Assembly: GCA_964597355.1 (NCBI GenBank)
Contig: CAZQWS010000004.1
Coordinates: 8,645-72,644, forward strand
DNA from: an uncultured Bdellovibrionales bacterium
Lineage (GTDB): Bacteria; Patescibacteriota; Minisyncoccia; Moranbacterales; UBA1568
Reading direction: 5' to 3'
DNA length: 64,000 bases
The position numbers and the translations under genes were made by a program. This document shows positions 21,374 through 31,602 of the stretch, in pieces. Below the pieces are notes generated by a model, which worked only from the letters and a program-made list of their open reading frames with translations, searched no databases and had not been told where the DNA came from. Each line of letters starts with the position of its first letter. Within the stretch, counting starts at the first letter, position 1.

Positions 21374-22858
21374 ATGATTCGTGATTGGCATGCCAAAATC
21401 CAAAGTGGTGGAAAAACCGCGGTGGCCTTTACTGAGGACTGCTTCAAAGCAATTGAGGAACGTGATCCTTCGCTTCATGCTTTCCTTACGCTTCGCAAAG
21501 AAGCGGCATTGAAGGAGGCGGCCAAAGTCGATGAACGTGTCAAAAGTGGCGAGCAGGTTGATCTCTTGGCGGGTATTCCTGGTGGGATTAAGGACAACAT
21601 CGTCCTCGCTCATGAGCGCGCCACCGCCGGATCGAAAATTCTCGATAACTATATTTCTCCGTATGACGCCGGAGTGGTTGAGAAACTGCGGAAAGTCGGA
21701 GCGGTCATAGTGGGAAAAACCAATCTTGATGAGTTTGCTCTTGGTTCATCGACCGAACATTCAGCTTATGGGCCTACCAAAAATCCAGTTGATGAAACTC
21801 GGGTGCCGGGAGGAACGTCTGGCGGCTCGGCCGCTGCAGTGGCAGCTGGGATGGTACCATGGGCGCTTGGTTCTGATACGGGTGGGTCCATTCGTCAACC
21901 GTCTGCTTTTACTGGGATTTATGGTTTGAAGCCAACCTATGGCCGAGTATCACGCTCGGGGCTTATTGCTGCTGCTTCAAGCTTGGATCAGATTGGACCG
22001 ATGGCCACTTCGGTTGAGGATTTGGCTATTGTTCTCTCGCGGATTGCGGGGGCTGACCCACTCGATGGTACAGCTCTGGACCGACCAGTGGACGCCTATG
22101 AAGACAAATTGACTACCGACATCAAGGGGAAGAAGATTGGTATTCCAGAAGAATATTTTTCCAAGGATTTGAACCCGATCGTACGAGAAGTGGCTGAGAA
22201 GACGATTGAAAAACTTCGTTTACTTGGTGCCGAGATCATACCTATAAGTCTTCCAAATAGTCGTTTTGCTCTTCCAGTTTATTATATTATCCAGCCTTCA
22301 GAACTTTCTTCAAACCTAGCTCGTTTTGATGGGATTCGCTACGGCCTCTCTGTGAATGATGGTGAGCTTTCTTCGGGCAATAAGACCGGACTCCTTGAGA
22401 CGTATCTTGATACTCGACGAGTGGGGTTTGGTCCTGAAGCGAAGCGTCGTGTTATGATAGGAACCTATACACTTTCAGCTGGGTACTACGATGCCTATTA
22501 CAAGAAGGCCTTTGCTGTGCGTGAACTCCTGCGGAATGAATTCCAAAAAGCCTTTGAAACGGTGGATGTGATTTTTTCTCCCACGACACCTGGACCCGCC
22601 TTCAAGCTCGGTGAAAAAACCGATGATCCGCTTGAGATGTACCTCTCTGATATCTATACGGTTACCGCCAATCTTGTGGGTGTCCCAGCTCTTTCCTTTC
22701 CGATGGGAACCATGACGGAATTTCCAGTAAATAAATTCCCAGATACAAAGGGAACTGGTCAAGGACAAGAGCTTCCTCTTGGTGGCCAGTTTATGGGTAA
22801 GTGGTTTGATGAACAGACGCTCCTTGACCTTGCCTTCGCTCTTGAACAGTCCAAGTAG
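21374..22858 (+). CDS. gatA: Asp/Glu-tRNA amidotransferase subunit A (amidase)
   Basis: 494 aa with the amidase signature [14 protein letters not shown]... and a Ser-cisSer-Lys triad context. Confidence 0.85.
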   Translation: MIRDWHAKIQSGGKTAVAFTEDCFKAIEERDPSLHAFLTLRKEAALKEAAKVDERVKSGEQVDLLAGIPGGIKDNIVLAHERATAGSKILDNYISPYDAGVVEKLRKVGAVIVGKTNLDEFALGSSTEHSAYGPTKNPVDETRVPGGTSGGSAAAVAAGMVPWALGSDTGGSIRQPSAFTGIYGLKPTYGRVSRSGLIAAASSLDQIGPMATSVEDLAIVLSRIAGADPLDGTALDRPVDAYEDKLTTDIKGKKIGIPEEYFSKDLNPIVREVAEKTIEKLRLLGAEIIPISLPNSRFALPVYYIIQPSELSSNLARFDGIRYGLSVNDGELSSGNKTGLLETYLDTRRVGFGPEAKRRVMIGTYTLSAGYYDAYYKKAFAVRELLRNEFQKAFETVDVIFSPTTPGPAFKLGEKTDDPLEMYLSDIYTVTANLVGVPALSFPMGTMTEFPVNKFPDTKGTGQGQELPLGGQFMGKWFDEQTLLDLAFALEQSK

Positions 22859-22909
22859 CTGTGCACTTCTTCTGAATGAGTTACAATAGAAGAAGTAAAA
22901 TTTTTTGGT

Positions 22910-23443
22910 ATGTCGACTGACTTTGATCTTTTGAGCTTGTTTGGAATTTTGCCCGTGGTATGGGAAATGATTAGTCAATCACTTCTTTTTGCTGTGTTCA
23001 AGTGGTTTCTTATTATCTATACGGTCGTGCTTTTTGTTGATGTGGTGATCCTTCTCACACAGCGTGGCGTGACCGAAAACTTGAAACTGCAGTTTTATGG
23101 TACCGCACGACCCCTCCTTTCCAAAAACAAGGCGGCCGAACGCTTTCATGCCATCGAGCGTCGACTCGAGAGTGACAATCCTTCGCAGTACAAGGCTGCC
23201 ATTCTCGAAGCAGATCAATTTGCGGACGAAGTTCTCAAAGAAAGTGGGTATGACGGAGCCAATATGGCTGAGCGACTCGCCGGCATCAATTCCGGCCAGC
23301 TCATGAGTTATGATGTCCTGAAATCAGCCCATGAAGTCAGGAATCGTATTGTCAACGAGCCTAACTTTTCCCTTTCTCGGGACGAAGCCCAACATCTCTT
23401 CGAACAGTACAAACAACTGTTTACTGAACTCGAGCTTTTATAA
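22910..23443 (+). CDS. hypothetical membrane protein
   Basis: 177 aa with two N-terminal TM helices, then a charged helical domain. No known motif. Confidence 0.4.
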   Translation: MSTDFDLLSLFGILPVVWEMISQSLLFAVFKWFLIIYTVVLFVDVVILLTQRGVTENLKLQFYGTARPLLSKNKAAERFHAIERRLESDNPSQYKAAILEADQFADEVLKESGYDGANMAERLAGINSGQLMSYDVLKSAHEVRNRIVNEPNFSLSRDEAQHLFEQYKQLFTELELL

Positions 23444-23470
23444 CTTCTTTTTGGTATTCTTTATTGACAC

Positions 23471-23505
23471 ATACCTGTGTTTACGGTAAAGTGGACATAG
23501 AACTG
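23471..23505 (+). promoter_or_regulatory. putative promoter for the secE-nusG-rplK-rplA operon
   Basis: TTGACA (23471-76), 17-nt spacer, TAAAGT. Confidence 0.35.
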
Positions 23506-23566
23506 CCCGTGGGGGCTGTTTTTTAGACCAGAAAAAGGCTTACTTAAGCCATAAACGGTCATATTT

Positions 23567-23752
23567 ATGAACAAGATTTTTCAGTTTTTTTTGGGTGCCA
23601 AAGCTGAGCTTGCCAAGGTGAGCTGGCCCAACCGCAAAGAACTCATTCGGTATACGATTTTGGTAGTGGTGATCAGTCTTTTGGTAGCCATGTTCCTAGG
23701 CCTTCTCGACATGCTCTTTAGTTACCTTGTTGAAAATTTTATCCTCCAATAA
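23567..23752 (+). CDS. secE: preprotein translocase subunit SecE
   Basis: 61 aa: ...AKAELAKVSWPNRKELIRYTILVVVISLLVAMFLGLLD. Single TM; conserved position before nusG. Confidence 0.8.
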   Translation: MNKIFQFFLGAKAELAKVSWPNRKELIRYTILVVVISLLVAMFLGLLDMLFSYLVENFILQ

Positions 23753-23775
23753 TTGGCCAATAAACCGCTTATTTT

Positions 23776-24321
23776 ATGGCAAAACAATCCCAACATCACG
23801 GTCGTTCCTGGTATGTCCTCCATACCTATTCTGGGTATGAGGATAACGTGGCGCGTAACCTCAAACAGCGCATTGACTCGATGGATATGCAGGATCTCAT
23901 TTTTGATGTCCTTGTGCCAAAGGAGAAGAAAATTAAGATCAAAGGTGGCAAGCGTGTCGTGATTGAGGAGCGTATTTATCCTGGCTATGTACTTGTCGAT
24001 ATGATTGTAACGGATGCCTCCTGGTATGTAGTACGTAATACCCCAAACGTAACGGGCTTTATTGGCCTCGGTACCACACCTACCCCGATTGACCCAGCTG
24101 AAATCGACATGCTCAAGAAACGCATGGGTGTCGCCGAACCGAAATTCAAGATCGATGTGCGTATTGGTGATAGCGTCCAGGTAGTGGATGGTCCTTTCAA
24201 GAACTTCGAGGGTAAGATTCAAGAAGTGGATGATGAGAAAGGAAAGGTCAAAGTATTGGTTTCTATCTTTGGTCGCGAGACTCCGGTTGAGCTCGATTTC
24301 CTCCAGATTAAGAAAGGCTAA
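23776..24321 (+). CDS. nusG: transcription antitermination factor NusG
   Basis: 181 aa. NGN domain (WYVLHTYSGYEDNV) and C-terminal KOW motif (GDSVQVVDGPFKNFEGKIQEVD). Confidence 0.9.
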   Translation: MAKQSQHHGRSWYVLHTYSGYEDNVARNLKQRIDSMDMQDLIFDVLVPKEKKIKIKGGKRVVIEERIYPGYVLVDMIVTDASWYVVRNTPNVTGFIGLGTTPTPIDPAEIDMLKKRMGVAEPKFKIDVRIGDSVQVVDGPFKNFEGKIQEVDDEKGKVKVLVSIFGRETPVELDFLQIKKG

Positions 24322-24394
24322 ATTGATATTTCTCGGGTGGATGAGCGCTTCTCTCAAACACTTGTGAAAATGATGTAATAGATTTTATACGATT

Positions 24395-24820
24395 ATGGCA
24401 AAAGCAATTAAGGCAATCGTCAAACTCCAGATCCCTGCAGGGAAAGCCACTCCGGCCCCTCCAGTCGGTACCGCCCTTGGACCTCATGGGCTCAATATTC
24501 AGGATTTCTGCTCCAAGTATAATGAAGCCACTCGTCCAATGATGGGGGATATTATCCCAGTGGAAATCACCATCTTTGAGGACCGTAGTTTCAGTTTCAT
24601 CATGAAGACGCCTCCAGCTCCTGATCTCCTTAAGAAAGCAGCCAAGATCGAAAAGGGTGCTGCTAATCCTTTGAAAGATAAAGCAGGAACGGTGACGGAA
24701 GCTCAGGTGCGTGAAATCGCCGAGAAGAAACTCCCAGACCTCAACGCCAACGATGTAGAAGCCGCTGTACAGATCATCAAAGGCACCGCTCGCTCGATGG
24801 GGATCAAGGTAGTAGGATAA
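24395..24820 (+). CDS. rplK: 50S ribosomal protein L11
   Basis: 141 aa: [39 protein letters not shown]. Confidence 0.95.
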   Translation: MAKAIKAIVKLQIPAGKATPAPPVGTALGPHGLNIQDFCSKYNEATRPMMGDIIPVEITIFEDRSFSFIMKTPPAPDLLKKAAKIEKGAANPLKDKAGTVTEAQVREIAEKKLPDLNANDVEAAVQIIKGTARSMGIKVVG

Positions 24821-24882
24821 TTCAATTTAATTTGTGGGAGTCCGTCCGTACAACGGCCGAGGCGCTAACACCACGAAATATT

Positions 24883-25572
24883 ATGCCACATGGGAAAAAG
24901 TATCAGGCAGCAGTAGAGAAAGTAGAAGAAGGCAAGATCTATTCAATCGCTGAGGCAGTGCAATTTTTGCAGGCCAATAAGCGAGCGAAGTTTGACGAAT
25001 CAGTTGAGATGCACATGCATCTTGGGATTAACTTGAAGAAGTCTGACGAGAGTGTCCGTGGGACAGTAGTCTTGCCTCATGGCACTGGCCGAACCCAGCA
25101 AGTATTGGTAGTGACTTCTGCCAAAGAGAAGGAAGCTAAGGATGCTGGGGCCGCTATCGTTGGTGGCGAAGAAGTCATTGCCGATATAAAGGCTGGCAAG
25201 CTCAATCCTGGATCGGATTTTGATCTCGTTTTGGCTACGCCAGAGATGATGCCTAAGCTCGCTCAGGTAGCCAAGATTCTTGGACCAAAAGGCATGATGC
25301 CAAGTCCGAAGAATGAAACCGTGACTCAGAAAATTGGTGAGACAGTTGAAATGCTTCAGAAGGGGAAGAAAGCGAGTTACAAGAATGATGACACTGGCAA
25401 TATTCACCAGGTGGTCGGGAAGCTTTCCTTTGACGGGAAAGCACTGGAGGAAAATATTGCTACCTTCCTTGACGCCGTTACCAAGGGGAAACCTGAGGGG
25501 ATGAAGGGAAAATTTATTGTCTCGATGACTCTGACTTCGACCATGGGTCCCGGCCTTCCGATTTCGAAATAA
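24883..25572 (+). CDS. rplA: 50S ribosomal protein L1
   Basis: MPHGKKYQAAVEKV... The ORF opens at 24832 but the conserved L1 N-terminus starts at ATG 24883. Confidence 0.9.
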   Translation: MPHGKKYQAAVEKVEEGKIYSIAEAVQFLQANKRAKFDESVEMHMHLGINLKKSDESVRGTVVLPHGTGRTQQVLVVTSAKEKEAKDAGAAIVGGEEVIADIKAGKLNPGSDFDLVLATPEMMPKLAQVAKILGPKGMMPSPKNETVTQKIGETVEMLQKGKKASYKNDDTGNIHQVVGKLSFDGKALEENIATFLDAVTKGKPEGMKGKFIVSMTLTSTMGPGLPISK

Positions 25573-25688
25573 ACCCAGAGAAGCCTCGCCAAGAGCGGGG
25601 CTTTTTTGTATACTTCTCCGAGAGGAGTTGCTCTTAAAATTCGTGTTCCTTATTAACTTCCAACTCCTAACTGCTATCTTCTAAACCT

Positions 25689-26297
25689 ATGATTCTCTCA
25701 GACCATGATATCAAAAAGGAACTTAGGGCTAAGGAAATTACCATTAAGCCTTTTCGTGAGGAATGTGTACAGCCAGCGAGCTATGATGTGCACCTCGATC
25801 GACATTTCCTTGTCTTTAACACCAATCAGAACTTCGTGATTGATCCGCGTGATATTTCAAAGGATCTTATGAAAAAGGTTGTTATTACTGAAGAGGAGCC
25901 ATTTATTTTGCATCCAGGTGAATTTGCCTTGGGAGTGCTTTTGGAAGAGACAGGTGTATCTGACAAGCTTGTAGGCCGTCTCGAAGGTAAAAGCTCTCTT
26001 GGACGTCTCGGTCTGATTATTCACACCACGGCTGGTTTCCTGGACGCGGGTAATTCGCTCAAGATGACGCTTGAACTGTTTAATGCTGGCAAGATCCCAC
26101 TCAAACTGTATTACAAGATGCCTATTGGTCAGATGGCTTTCGAATACCTTTCCTCTCCTTGTGAGCGACCTTACGGTTCCAAAGGTCTCAACTCCAAATA
26201 TAAGGGTGATAGTAAACCTGTTGCCTCCAAGATGCATCTCAATTTCACCAAATCGACCAAAAAAACGGTCGTGAAGAAGAAAAAAGCCTCCCGCTAG
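25689..26297 (+). CDS. dcd: dCTP deaminase
   Basis: 202 aa, collinear with E. coli Dcd (ILHPGEFALGVLLE; GRLEGKSSLGRLGLIIH; LELFNAGKIPLKL). Extra Lys-rich C-terminal tail KTVVKKKKASR. Confidence 0.85.
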   Translation: MILSDHDIKKELRAKEITIKPFREECVQPASYDVHLDRHFLVFNTNQNFVIDPRDISKDLMKKVVITEEEPFILHPGEFALGVLLEETGVSDKLVGRLEGKSSLGRLGLIIHTTAGFLDAGNSLKMTLELFNAGKIPLKLYYKMPIGQMAFEYLSSPCERPYGSKGLNSKYKGDSKPVASKMHLNFTKSTKKTVVKKKKASR

Positions 26298-26397
26298 TGC
26301 CGTTACAATTTCGGAGAGCTTCTATCCCTCACCAGAATAGTTTGAGAGGTGATACTTTGTTGTTTAATTGACCTCGTCGGGCAAAATTGTAACGGTA
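26298..26397 (+). other. long inverted repeat / structured leader between dcd and thyA
   Basis: tgccgttacaattt (26298-26311) and aaattgtaacggta (26384-26397) form a 13-14-bp stem enclosing about 72 nt. A second hairpin lies at about 26403-26432. No T-run follows. Confidence 0.35.
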
Positions 26398-26468
26398 CAA
26401 GGGAGGTTTTCTCTATTTGTGAGAGAGGAAAATTTACGGTAAAATAAGACGTCAGTAACTTTTTTAGT

Positions 26469-27404
26469 ATGCGCCAATACCTGGATCTCTTGCAGCACAT
26501 CATGGATAAGGGAGTCGATAAGATGGACCGGACTGGCGTTGGCGTGCGGAGTGTTTTTGGGTATCAGATGCGTTTTGACCTCTCAGAAGGATTTCCACTC
26601 TTAACGACGAAGAAAGTGCCTTTCCGTTTGATTGCCGAAGAGCTGCTTTGGTTCGTGAAGGGTGACACACAGTTACGAACGCTCGCTTTGAAGGATGTAC
26701 ATATTTGGGATGAATGGCCCTATAAAGCCTATTTGCTTCGCAATGGGAAAACGGTTCCAGCGACTGGGTCGGAAGAATGGAACACAGGGATCAAAGAATT
26801 TGTGGAGCGTATCAAAACGGATGCAGCGTTTGCCAAAGAATATGGAGACTTGGGGCCAGTCTATGGCTATCAGTGGCGCCACTGGCCAACAGCTGATGGA
26901 GGAGAGATTGATCAACTCCGTGATGTGGTAGAGCAAATCAAGAAGAATCCGAATTCTCGCCGACTGATTGTCTCAGCTTGGAACCCGGCTGATATTGAAG
27001 AAATGGCCAAAGCAGGACTGCCGCCTTGCCACTGCCTCTATCAGTTTTATGTAACCCCTTCGACAGGCTCAGGACGAGCGAAGTTGTCCTGCCAGCTCTA
27101 CCAGCGCAGTTGTGATACCTTTCTCGGAGTCCCATTCAATATTGCCTCCTATGCCCTGCTTACCATGATGATCGCTCAAGTGTGCGATCTCGAACCGGGT
27201 GAATTTGTGTGGACGGGTGGTGACACACATCTGTATAGCAATCACTTTGAACAGGTGAAAGAGCAGCTCTCACGTGAACCGCGCAAGTTGCCAACGCTCC
27301 GGATCAATCCAGAAGTGAAGGACTTGTTTGCTTTTGTCATGGAGGATTTCACTTTGGAGGGCTACGATCCACATCCCCCCATCAAAGCACCAATAGCTGT
27401 TTAA
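26469..27404 (+). CDS. thyA: thymidylate synthase ThyA (with an insertion of about 45 aa)
   Basis: 311 aa, collinear with E. coli ThyA: [27 protein letters not shown], catalytic [18 protein letters not shown] (Asn retained, so dUMP-specific), GDTHLYSNH. Confidence 0.9.
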   Translation: MRQYLDLLQHIMDKGVDKMDRTGVGVRSVFGYQMRFDLSEGFPLLTTKKVPFRLIAEELLWFVKGDTQLRTLALKDVHIWDEWPYKAYLLRNGKTVPATGSEEWNTGIKEFVERIKTDAAFAKEYGDLGPVYGYQWRHWPTADGGEIDQLRDVVEQIKKNPNSRRLIVSAWNPADIEEMAKAGLPPCHCLYQFYVTPSTGSGRAKLSCQLYQRSCDTFLGVPFNIASYALLTMMIAQVCDLEPGEFVWTGGDTHLYSNHFEQVKEQLSREPRKLPTLRINPEVKDLFAFVMEDFTLEGYDPHPPIKAPIAV

Positions 27405-27426
27405 TTTCTCTCTTGTCACTTGTTTC

Positions 27427-27930
27427 ATGTCACTTGTCGCTATGCCCACTCCACGCCTTTCCATGATTGTAGCAGTCGATGAAACTCGAGCGATCGGGAA
27501 AGATAATCGACTCCTCTGGTATATCCCCGAAGATCTGAAACGCTTCAAAGAGCTTACTTCAGGACATGCCGTGATCATGGGAGAGAATACCTATCACTCT
27601 ATCGGCCGACCACTTCCTAACCGGACCAATGTCGTAGTAACGCTCAATCAGGATTTGGAACTTCCAGGCTGTCTCGTGACCCACTCACTCGATGAGGCAC
27701 TTGAAGTAGCTCGAGGAGAGGAACAGGAAGAAATTTTTGTTATGGGTGGAGCGAGTATTTACAAACAATTCCTTCCGATGATTGATCGATTGTATCTTAC
27801 CTTGGTTTCGGGCACGCATGAGGCTGATACGTACTTTCCGGATTACTCTGATTTCACGAACATCATCAGTAAAGAAGAAAAGAAAGATGATCAATATGAA
27901 TTCACTTTTTTTGTTTTAGAAAGAGAATAA
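27427..27930 (+). CDS. folA: dihydrofolate reductase
   Basis: 167 aa: MIVAVDETRAIGKDNRLLWYIPEDLKRFKELTSGHAVIMG, the DHFR signature. Confidence 0.85.
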   Translation: MSLVAMPTPRLSMIVAVDETRAIGKDNRLLWYIPEDLKRFKELTSGHAVIMGENTYHSIGRPLPNRTNVVVTLNQDLELPGCLVTHSLDEALEVARGEEQEEIFVMGGASIYKQFLPMIDRLYLTLVSGTHEADTYFPDYSDFTNIISKEEKKDDQYEFTFFVLERE

Positions 27931-28028
27931 CGGGTATTAACCCGATTTTACCATCACTCCGTTCGGAGCAAAGTATCGAATGCACACTTTACTTACTCAC
28001 TACGTTTGGTAATAACACTATCAAAAAT

Positions 28029-28613
28029 ATGGAAAAAATTATCGTAGGTATTGCGGGTCAAATTGCTTCGGGCAAAGATACAGTGTCCAAGTACATAGCG
28101 GATGAGTACGGCGCTACGCGTTACGGAAGTTCCAGTATTTTCCGCTCGACGCTTCGGAACTTATTTCTTCCTGAAACACGGGAAAACCTCCAGAAGATAT
28201 CTTTTGCTTTGCGCCAGGCTTTTGGGGATGACCTCGTAGCCAGGGTCTTGCATGAGGACATACAGCGAACGGAAGGGGATTTTATCGTGGTTGATGGAAT
28301 GCGCCGTCTTTCCGATATCCTTCTCCTCAAAAAAGAACCCAACTTCTATCTGCTCTATGTCGATGCACCGCTCGAGCTTCGCTATGAACGTATTGTGAAA
28401 CGTTCCCAAAATGCTGATGATCAGACCAAAACTTTGGAAGAATTCCGACAAGATCATGAACGGGAAGCAGAAGTGTCGATCAAGGCGCTCCAATCTCAAG
28501 CGAACGGAGTGGTGGAAAATGATAGTGATTTGGAAAAATTGTTTGCCCAAGTAGATGCGTTTATTAAAAAGATTGATCCGACGGGAAGCGTATGCCGAAA
28601 AAAGGAAAACTAA
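28029..28613 (+). CDS. P-loop kinase, dNMP-kinase-like (putative deoxynucleotide monophosphate kinase)
   Basis: 194 aa. N-terminal P-loop IVGIAGQIASGKDTVSKYIADEYG resembles the phage T4 dNMP kinase N-terminus (SGVKRSGKDTTADFI). Sits between folA and tmk, with a 22-bp overlap into tmk. Confidence 0.4.
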   Translation: MEKIIVGIAGQIASGKDTVSKYIADEYGATRYGSSSIFRSTLRNLFLPETRENLQKISFALRQAFGDDLVARVLHEDIQRTEGDFIVVDGMRRLSDILLLKKEPNFYLLYVDAPLELRYERIVKRSQNADDQTKTLEEFRQDHEREAEVSIKALQSQANGVVENDSDLEKLFAQVDAFIKKIDPTGSVCRKKEN

Positions 28614-29284
28614 TTGTCCTGGATGGAAGTGACGGATCAGGCAAGGCGACGCAGACGAGACTCCTCTTGGCTCGACTGAAAAAAGAAGGGTACAAGATAG
28701 ACACGCTCGATTTTCCCCAATATGAAGCCAATTTTTTTGGCGGACTGATCGGACAGTGTCTCGCGGGGAATCATGGTGATTTTGTAGCGATTGATCCGCA
28801 TATCGGCTCAGTTCTCTATGCAGCTGATCGTTTTGAGTCCAAGCCACAGATTGAAAAGTGGCTCAAAGCAGGACATATTGTAGTGCTCGATCGGTATGTT
28901 AGTTCCAATCAGATTCATCAGGGCGGAAAAATTTATGATGCCAAAAAACAAAAACAATTTTTGGAATGGCTTGATCGAATGGAACATGAAGTTTTTGCTA
29001 TCCCTCGTCCAGACTTAATTGTGTACCTCGACGTTCCCTCAGAAGTTTCTCAGAAACTGCTTCAATCGGAGGAAATGAAACGGAAGAAGGTGTATCTCAA
29101 GAAGGGACAAAAAGATATGGTAGAAGAGAATATGAAATATCTTTCCGAAAGTCGGAGCAATGCTTTGAAGCTCGTGAAGAAATTGAATCATTGGACCAAG
29201 ATTGATTGTACGAAGAAGGGGGAATTGCTTTCACGAGAAGCGATTGCGGAAAAAGTTTGGAAAGAAGTAGAAAAAGTCCTATGA
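28592..29284 (+). CDS. tmk: thymidylate kinase
   Basis: 230 aa: KGKLIVLDGSDGSGKATQTRLL P-loop, DRY motif LDRYVSSNQ. Confidence 0.85.
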   Translation: MPKKGKLIVLDGSDGSGKATQTRLLLARLKKEGYKIDTLDFPQYEANFFGGLIGQCLAGNHGDFVAIDPHIGSVLYAADRFESKPQIEKWLKAGHIVVLDRYVSSNQIHQGGKIYDAKKQKQFLEWLDRMEHEVFAIPRPDLIVYLDVPSEVSQKLLQSEEMKRKKVYLKKGQKDMVEENMKYLSESRSNALKLVKKLNHWTKIDCTKKGELLSREAIAEKVWKEVEKVL

Positions 29285-29706
29285 ATATTCAAGTAAAAAA
29301 ACTTCATCCAGATGCCAAGATTCCGAACTTTGCCCATCCCGGAGATGCGGGCATGGATCTTTATTCAGTAGCTGACATGACTTTGAAGCCAGGGGAGCGA
29401 GCATCGATACCGACGGGGATAGCGATAGCTTTGCCCGAGGGATATGTTTCTCTTGTTTGGGACAAGAGTGGTGTATCGCACAAGAATGGGATTAAAACCC
29501 TAGGGGGCGTGCTTGACAGTGGTTACCGTGGCGAGTATTTAATCGGTTTGGTAAATTTAAGCCAGGAAGATTTTGAAATTAAAGTGGGTCAAAAGATTGC
29601 CCAGCTGCTTATTCAAAAAGTCGAACATCCAGAGGTAGAGGAGGTAGCTGAGCTTGATGAAACAGCCCGAGGGGATGGACGATTTGGCTCAACTGGAGTA
29701 CACTAA
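29281..29706 (+). CDS. dut: dUTP diphosphatase (dUTPase)
   Basis: ATG 29281 overlaps the tmk stop (ATGA). MNIQVKKLHPDAKIPNFAHPGDAGMDLYS...RGDGRFGSTG, trimeric dUTPase motifs 1 to 5. Confidence 0.85.
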   Translation: MNIQVKKLHPDAKIPNFAHPGDAGMDLYSVADMTLKPGERASIPTGIAIALPEGYVSLVWDKSGVSHKNGIKTLGGVLDSGYRGEYLIGLVNLSQEDFEIKVGQKIAQLLIQKVEHPEVEEVAELDETARGDGRFGSTGVH

Positions 29707-29714
29707 TTCTCTCT

Positions 29715-30119
29715 ATGAAGATCTACTTTGCTGGTTCTATCCGAGGAGGACGAGATGATGCTGGTCTTTATAGTGAAATGATTGCGCTCTTGCAAAAGTA
29801 TGGCGAGGTCCTTACGGAGCATATCGGTGACAAACAATTATCAATCCATGGCGAGGGGCATGCTGCGGAGTATATTTTTCAAAGAGATGTCGACTGGGTG
29901 CGGGAGGCAGATGTGATCGTAGCGGAAGTCACGACACCGTCGCTTGGAGTAGGATACGAGATTGGATTGGCAGAGCAGCTCGGGAAAAAGATTGTCTGCC
30001 TCTATCGGCCCCAGCTGGACCGCAAACTCTCGGCCATGATACTCGGCAACAGCAAACTGACTATTGTAGAATATAAAGAAGTAAGTGAACTAGAAAAGAA
30101 ACTGAACGAATTACTGTAG
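29715..30119 (+). CDS. DNPH1/Rcl-like 2'-deoxynucleoside 5'-phosphate N-hydrolase (nucleoside deoxyribosyltransferase superfamily)
   Basis: 134 aa: MKIYFAGSIRGGRDDAGLY...VIVAEVTTPSLGVGYEIGLA...IVCLYRPQ...LSAMILG. Near position-by-position match to the DNPH1 motifs (YFCGSIRGGRED...VVVAEVTQPSLGVGYELG...ILCLFRPQSG..LSAMIRG). Confidence 0.75.
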   Translation: MKIYFAGSIRGGRDDAGLYSEMIALLQKYGEVLTEHIGDKQLSIHGEGHAAEYIFQRDVDWVREADVIVAEVTTPSLGVGYEIGLAEQLGKKIVCLYRPQLDRKLSAMILGNSKLTIVEYKEVSELEKKLNELL

Positions 30120-30123
30120 TTCT

Positions 30124-31602
30124 ATGGCGCAATACGAAGCAACAATTGGGATGGAAGTACATGCAGAGCTTAAAACAGCTTCGAAGATGTTTTGTAGTTG
30201 CAAAAATGGCTTGGGACTCGAAACGACGCCCAATGTGAATATCTGCCATGTGTGTACCGCCCAACCCGGTGCTCTGCCGGTTCCAAATGCCAAAGCGATC
30301 GAAGCAGTGCAAAAAGTCGGACTGGCTCTCAACTGTGCGCTTCGACTTCACTCCAAATTTGACCGCAAGAATTATTTTTACCCGGATCTTCCCAAGGGCT
30401 ATCAGATCTCGCAGTATGATGAGCCATTCTGTGAGGCAGGGACGATAGAGATTGATGGCAAGCCTTTTCGGATCACACGTATCCATCTCGAGGAAGACAC
30501 GGGAAAGTCGATGCATCCTACCGGGGCAGATTATACCTTGGTGGATTACAACCGAGCGGGTGTGCCCCTCATGGAACTTGTTACTGAGCCAGACTTCTCT
30601 ACCGCCAAAGATGCCCGCGCTTTTTGTCAGAAATTGCGGCAGATTTTGCGCTATCTCGAAGTCTCTGATGCTGATATGGAAAAAGGCCAGATGCGCTGTG
30701 AAGTGAATATTTCGCTGCATAAAGTGGGTGAGGATCGTTTGTCTGGTACCAAGGTGGAAATCAAAAACCTCAACTCCTTCAAATCAGTGGAGCGCTCCAT
30801 CGAGTACGAAATCGTGCGTCAGACCGAAGCGCTCGAAAACGGTGAGACAATTGTCCAGGAAACGCGTGGTTGGGATGAGGCCAGGAACGCCACGGTTTCG
30901 CAGCGGAAAAAAGAATCAGCTCATGATTACCGCTACTTTCCTGAGCCAGATATTCCCCCATTTGAATTTAATCCAGAGCATATCGCCAGGCTCAAGGAAT
31001 CTTTGCCTGAGCTGCCTGATGCCAAAGAGCGACGGTTTATAGCTGAATATGGTTTGCCTGAAGCAGATGCCGTGATCCTCGTGGATGACCAGGAGGTGGC
31101 TGCCTACTTTGAAGCGGTGGTCAGTGAACTGGGGGCAAAAATTGATGGCGGGGAAACCAAGTCAGAGCTCAACCGTATGGTAAAACTCGCAGCTAACTAC
31201 TTCATTACCGAAGTGCGGAAGTTCTTGGTGGATGAAGGAAAAACTATTGAACAGCTTCCTATTAGCGCAGAAAACTATGCTGAATTTATTGCGATCGTAG
31301 CGGATGGTAAGATCAACTCGAGTGCTGCGCAAACCGTTTTGAAAGAGATGCTTCGTGGTGCCGATGGCGATACCGATCCATCCCATATTATCGATCGGCT
31401 CAATTTGGCCCAGATGAGTGATACGGGTGAGCTTGAAACGATCGTCGATGCCATTCTTGCCAACAATACTCAGTCAGTAACAGACTTCAAAGCTGGTAAG
31501 CAAAACGCTTTCCAATACCTTGTCGGCCAAGTGATGTCGGCTACGAAAGGAAAAGCGAACCCGAAAGTTACAGCCGAATTATTGAAAAAGAAATTGTCCT
31601 AG
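30124..31602 (+). CDS. gatB: Asp/Glu-tRNA amidotransferase subunit B
   Basis: 492 aa: MAQYEATIGMEVHAELKTASKMFCSCKN...HVCTAQPGALP, the GatB signature, plus a C-terminal YqeY-like domain. Confidence 0.9.
   Translation: MAQYEATIGMEVHAELKTASKMFCSCKNGLGLETTPNVNICHVCTAQPGALPVPNAKAIEAVQKVGLALNCALRLHSKFDRKNYFYPDLPKGYQISQYDEPFCEAGTIEIDGKPFRITRIHLEEDTGKSMHPTGADYTLVDYNRAGVPLMELVTEPDFSTAKDARAFCQKLRQILRYLEVSDADMEKGQMRCEVNISLHKVGEDRLSGTKVEIKNLNSFKSVERSIEYEIVRQTEALENGETIVQETRGWDEARNATVSQRKKESAHDYRYFPEPDIPPFEFNPEHIARLKESLPELPDAKERRFIAEYGLPEADAVILVDDQEVAAYFEAVVSELGAKIDGGETKSELNRMVKLAANYFITEVRKFLVDEGKTIEQLPISAENYAEFIAIVADGKINSSAAQTVLKEMLRGADGDTDPSHIIDRLNLAQMSDTGELETIVDAILANNTQSVTDFKAGKQNAFQYLVGQVMSATKGKANPKVTAELLKKKLS

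Noticed and set aside
26469-27404. ThyA homolog might be a dUMP/dCMP hydroxymethylase making hypermodified bases (phage-like), given the neighbouring dcd/dut/dNMP-kinase-like genes
   Set aside because: The specificity-determining Asn in FNIASY and all ThyA catalytic residues are conserved. The 45-aa insertion is a known ThyA variant feature. The folA neighbour fits a normal thymidylate cycle.
30061-30720. 219-aa minus-strand ORF
   Set aside because: Lies entirely antisense within gatB and has low-complexity composition. A shadow ORF.
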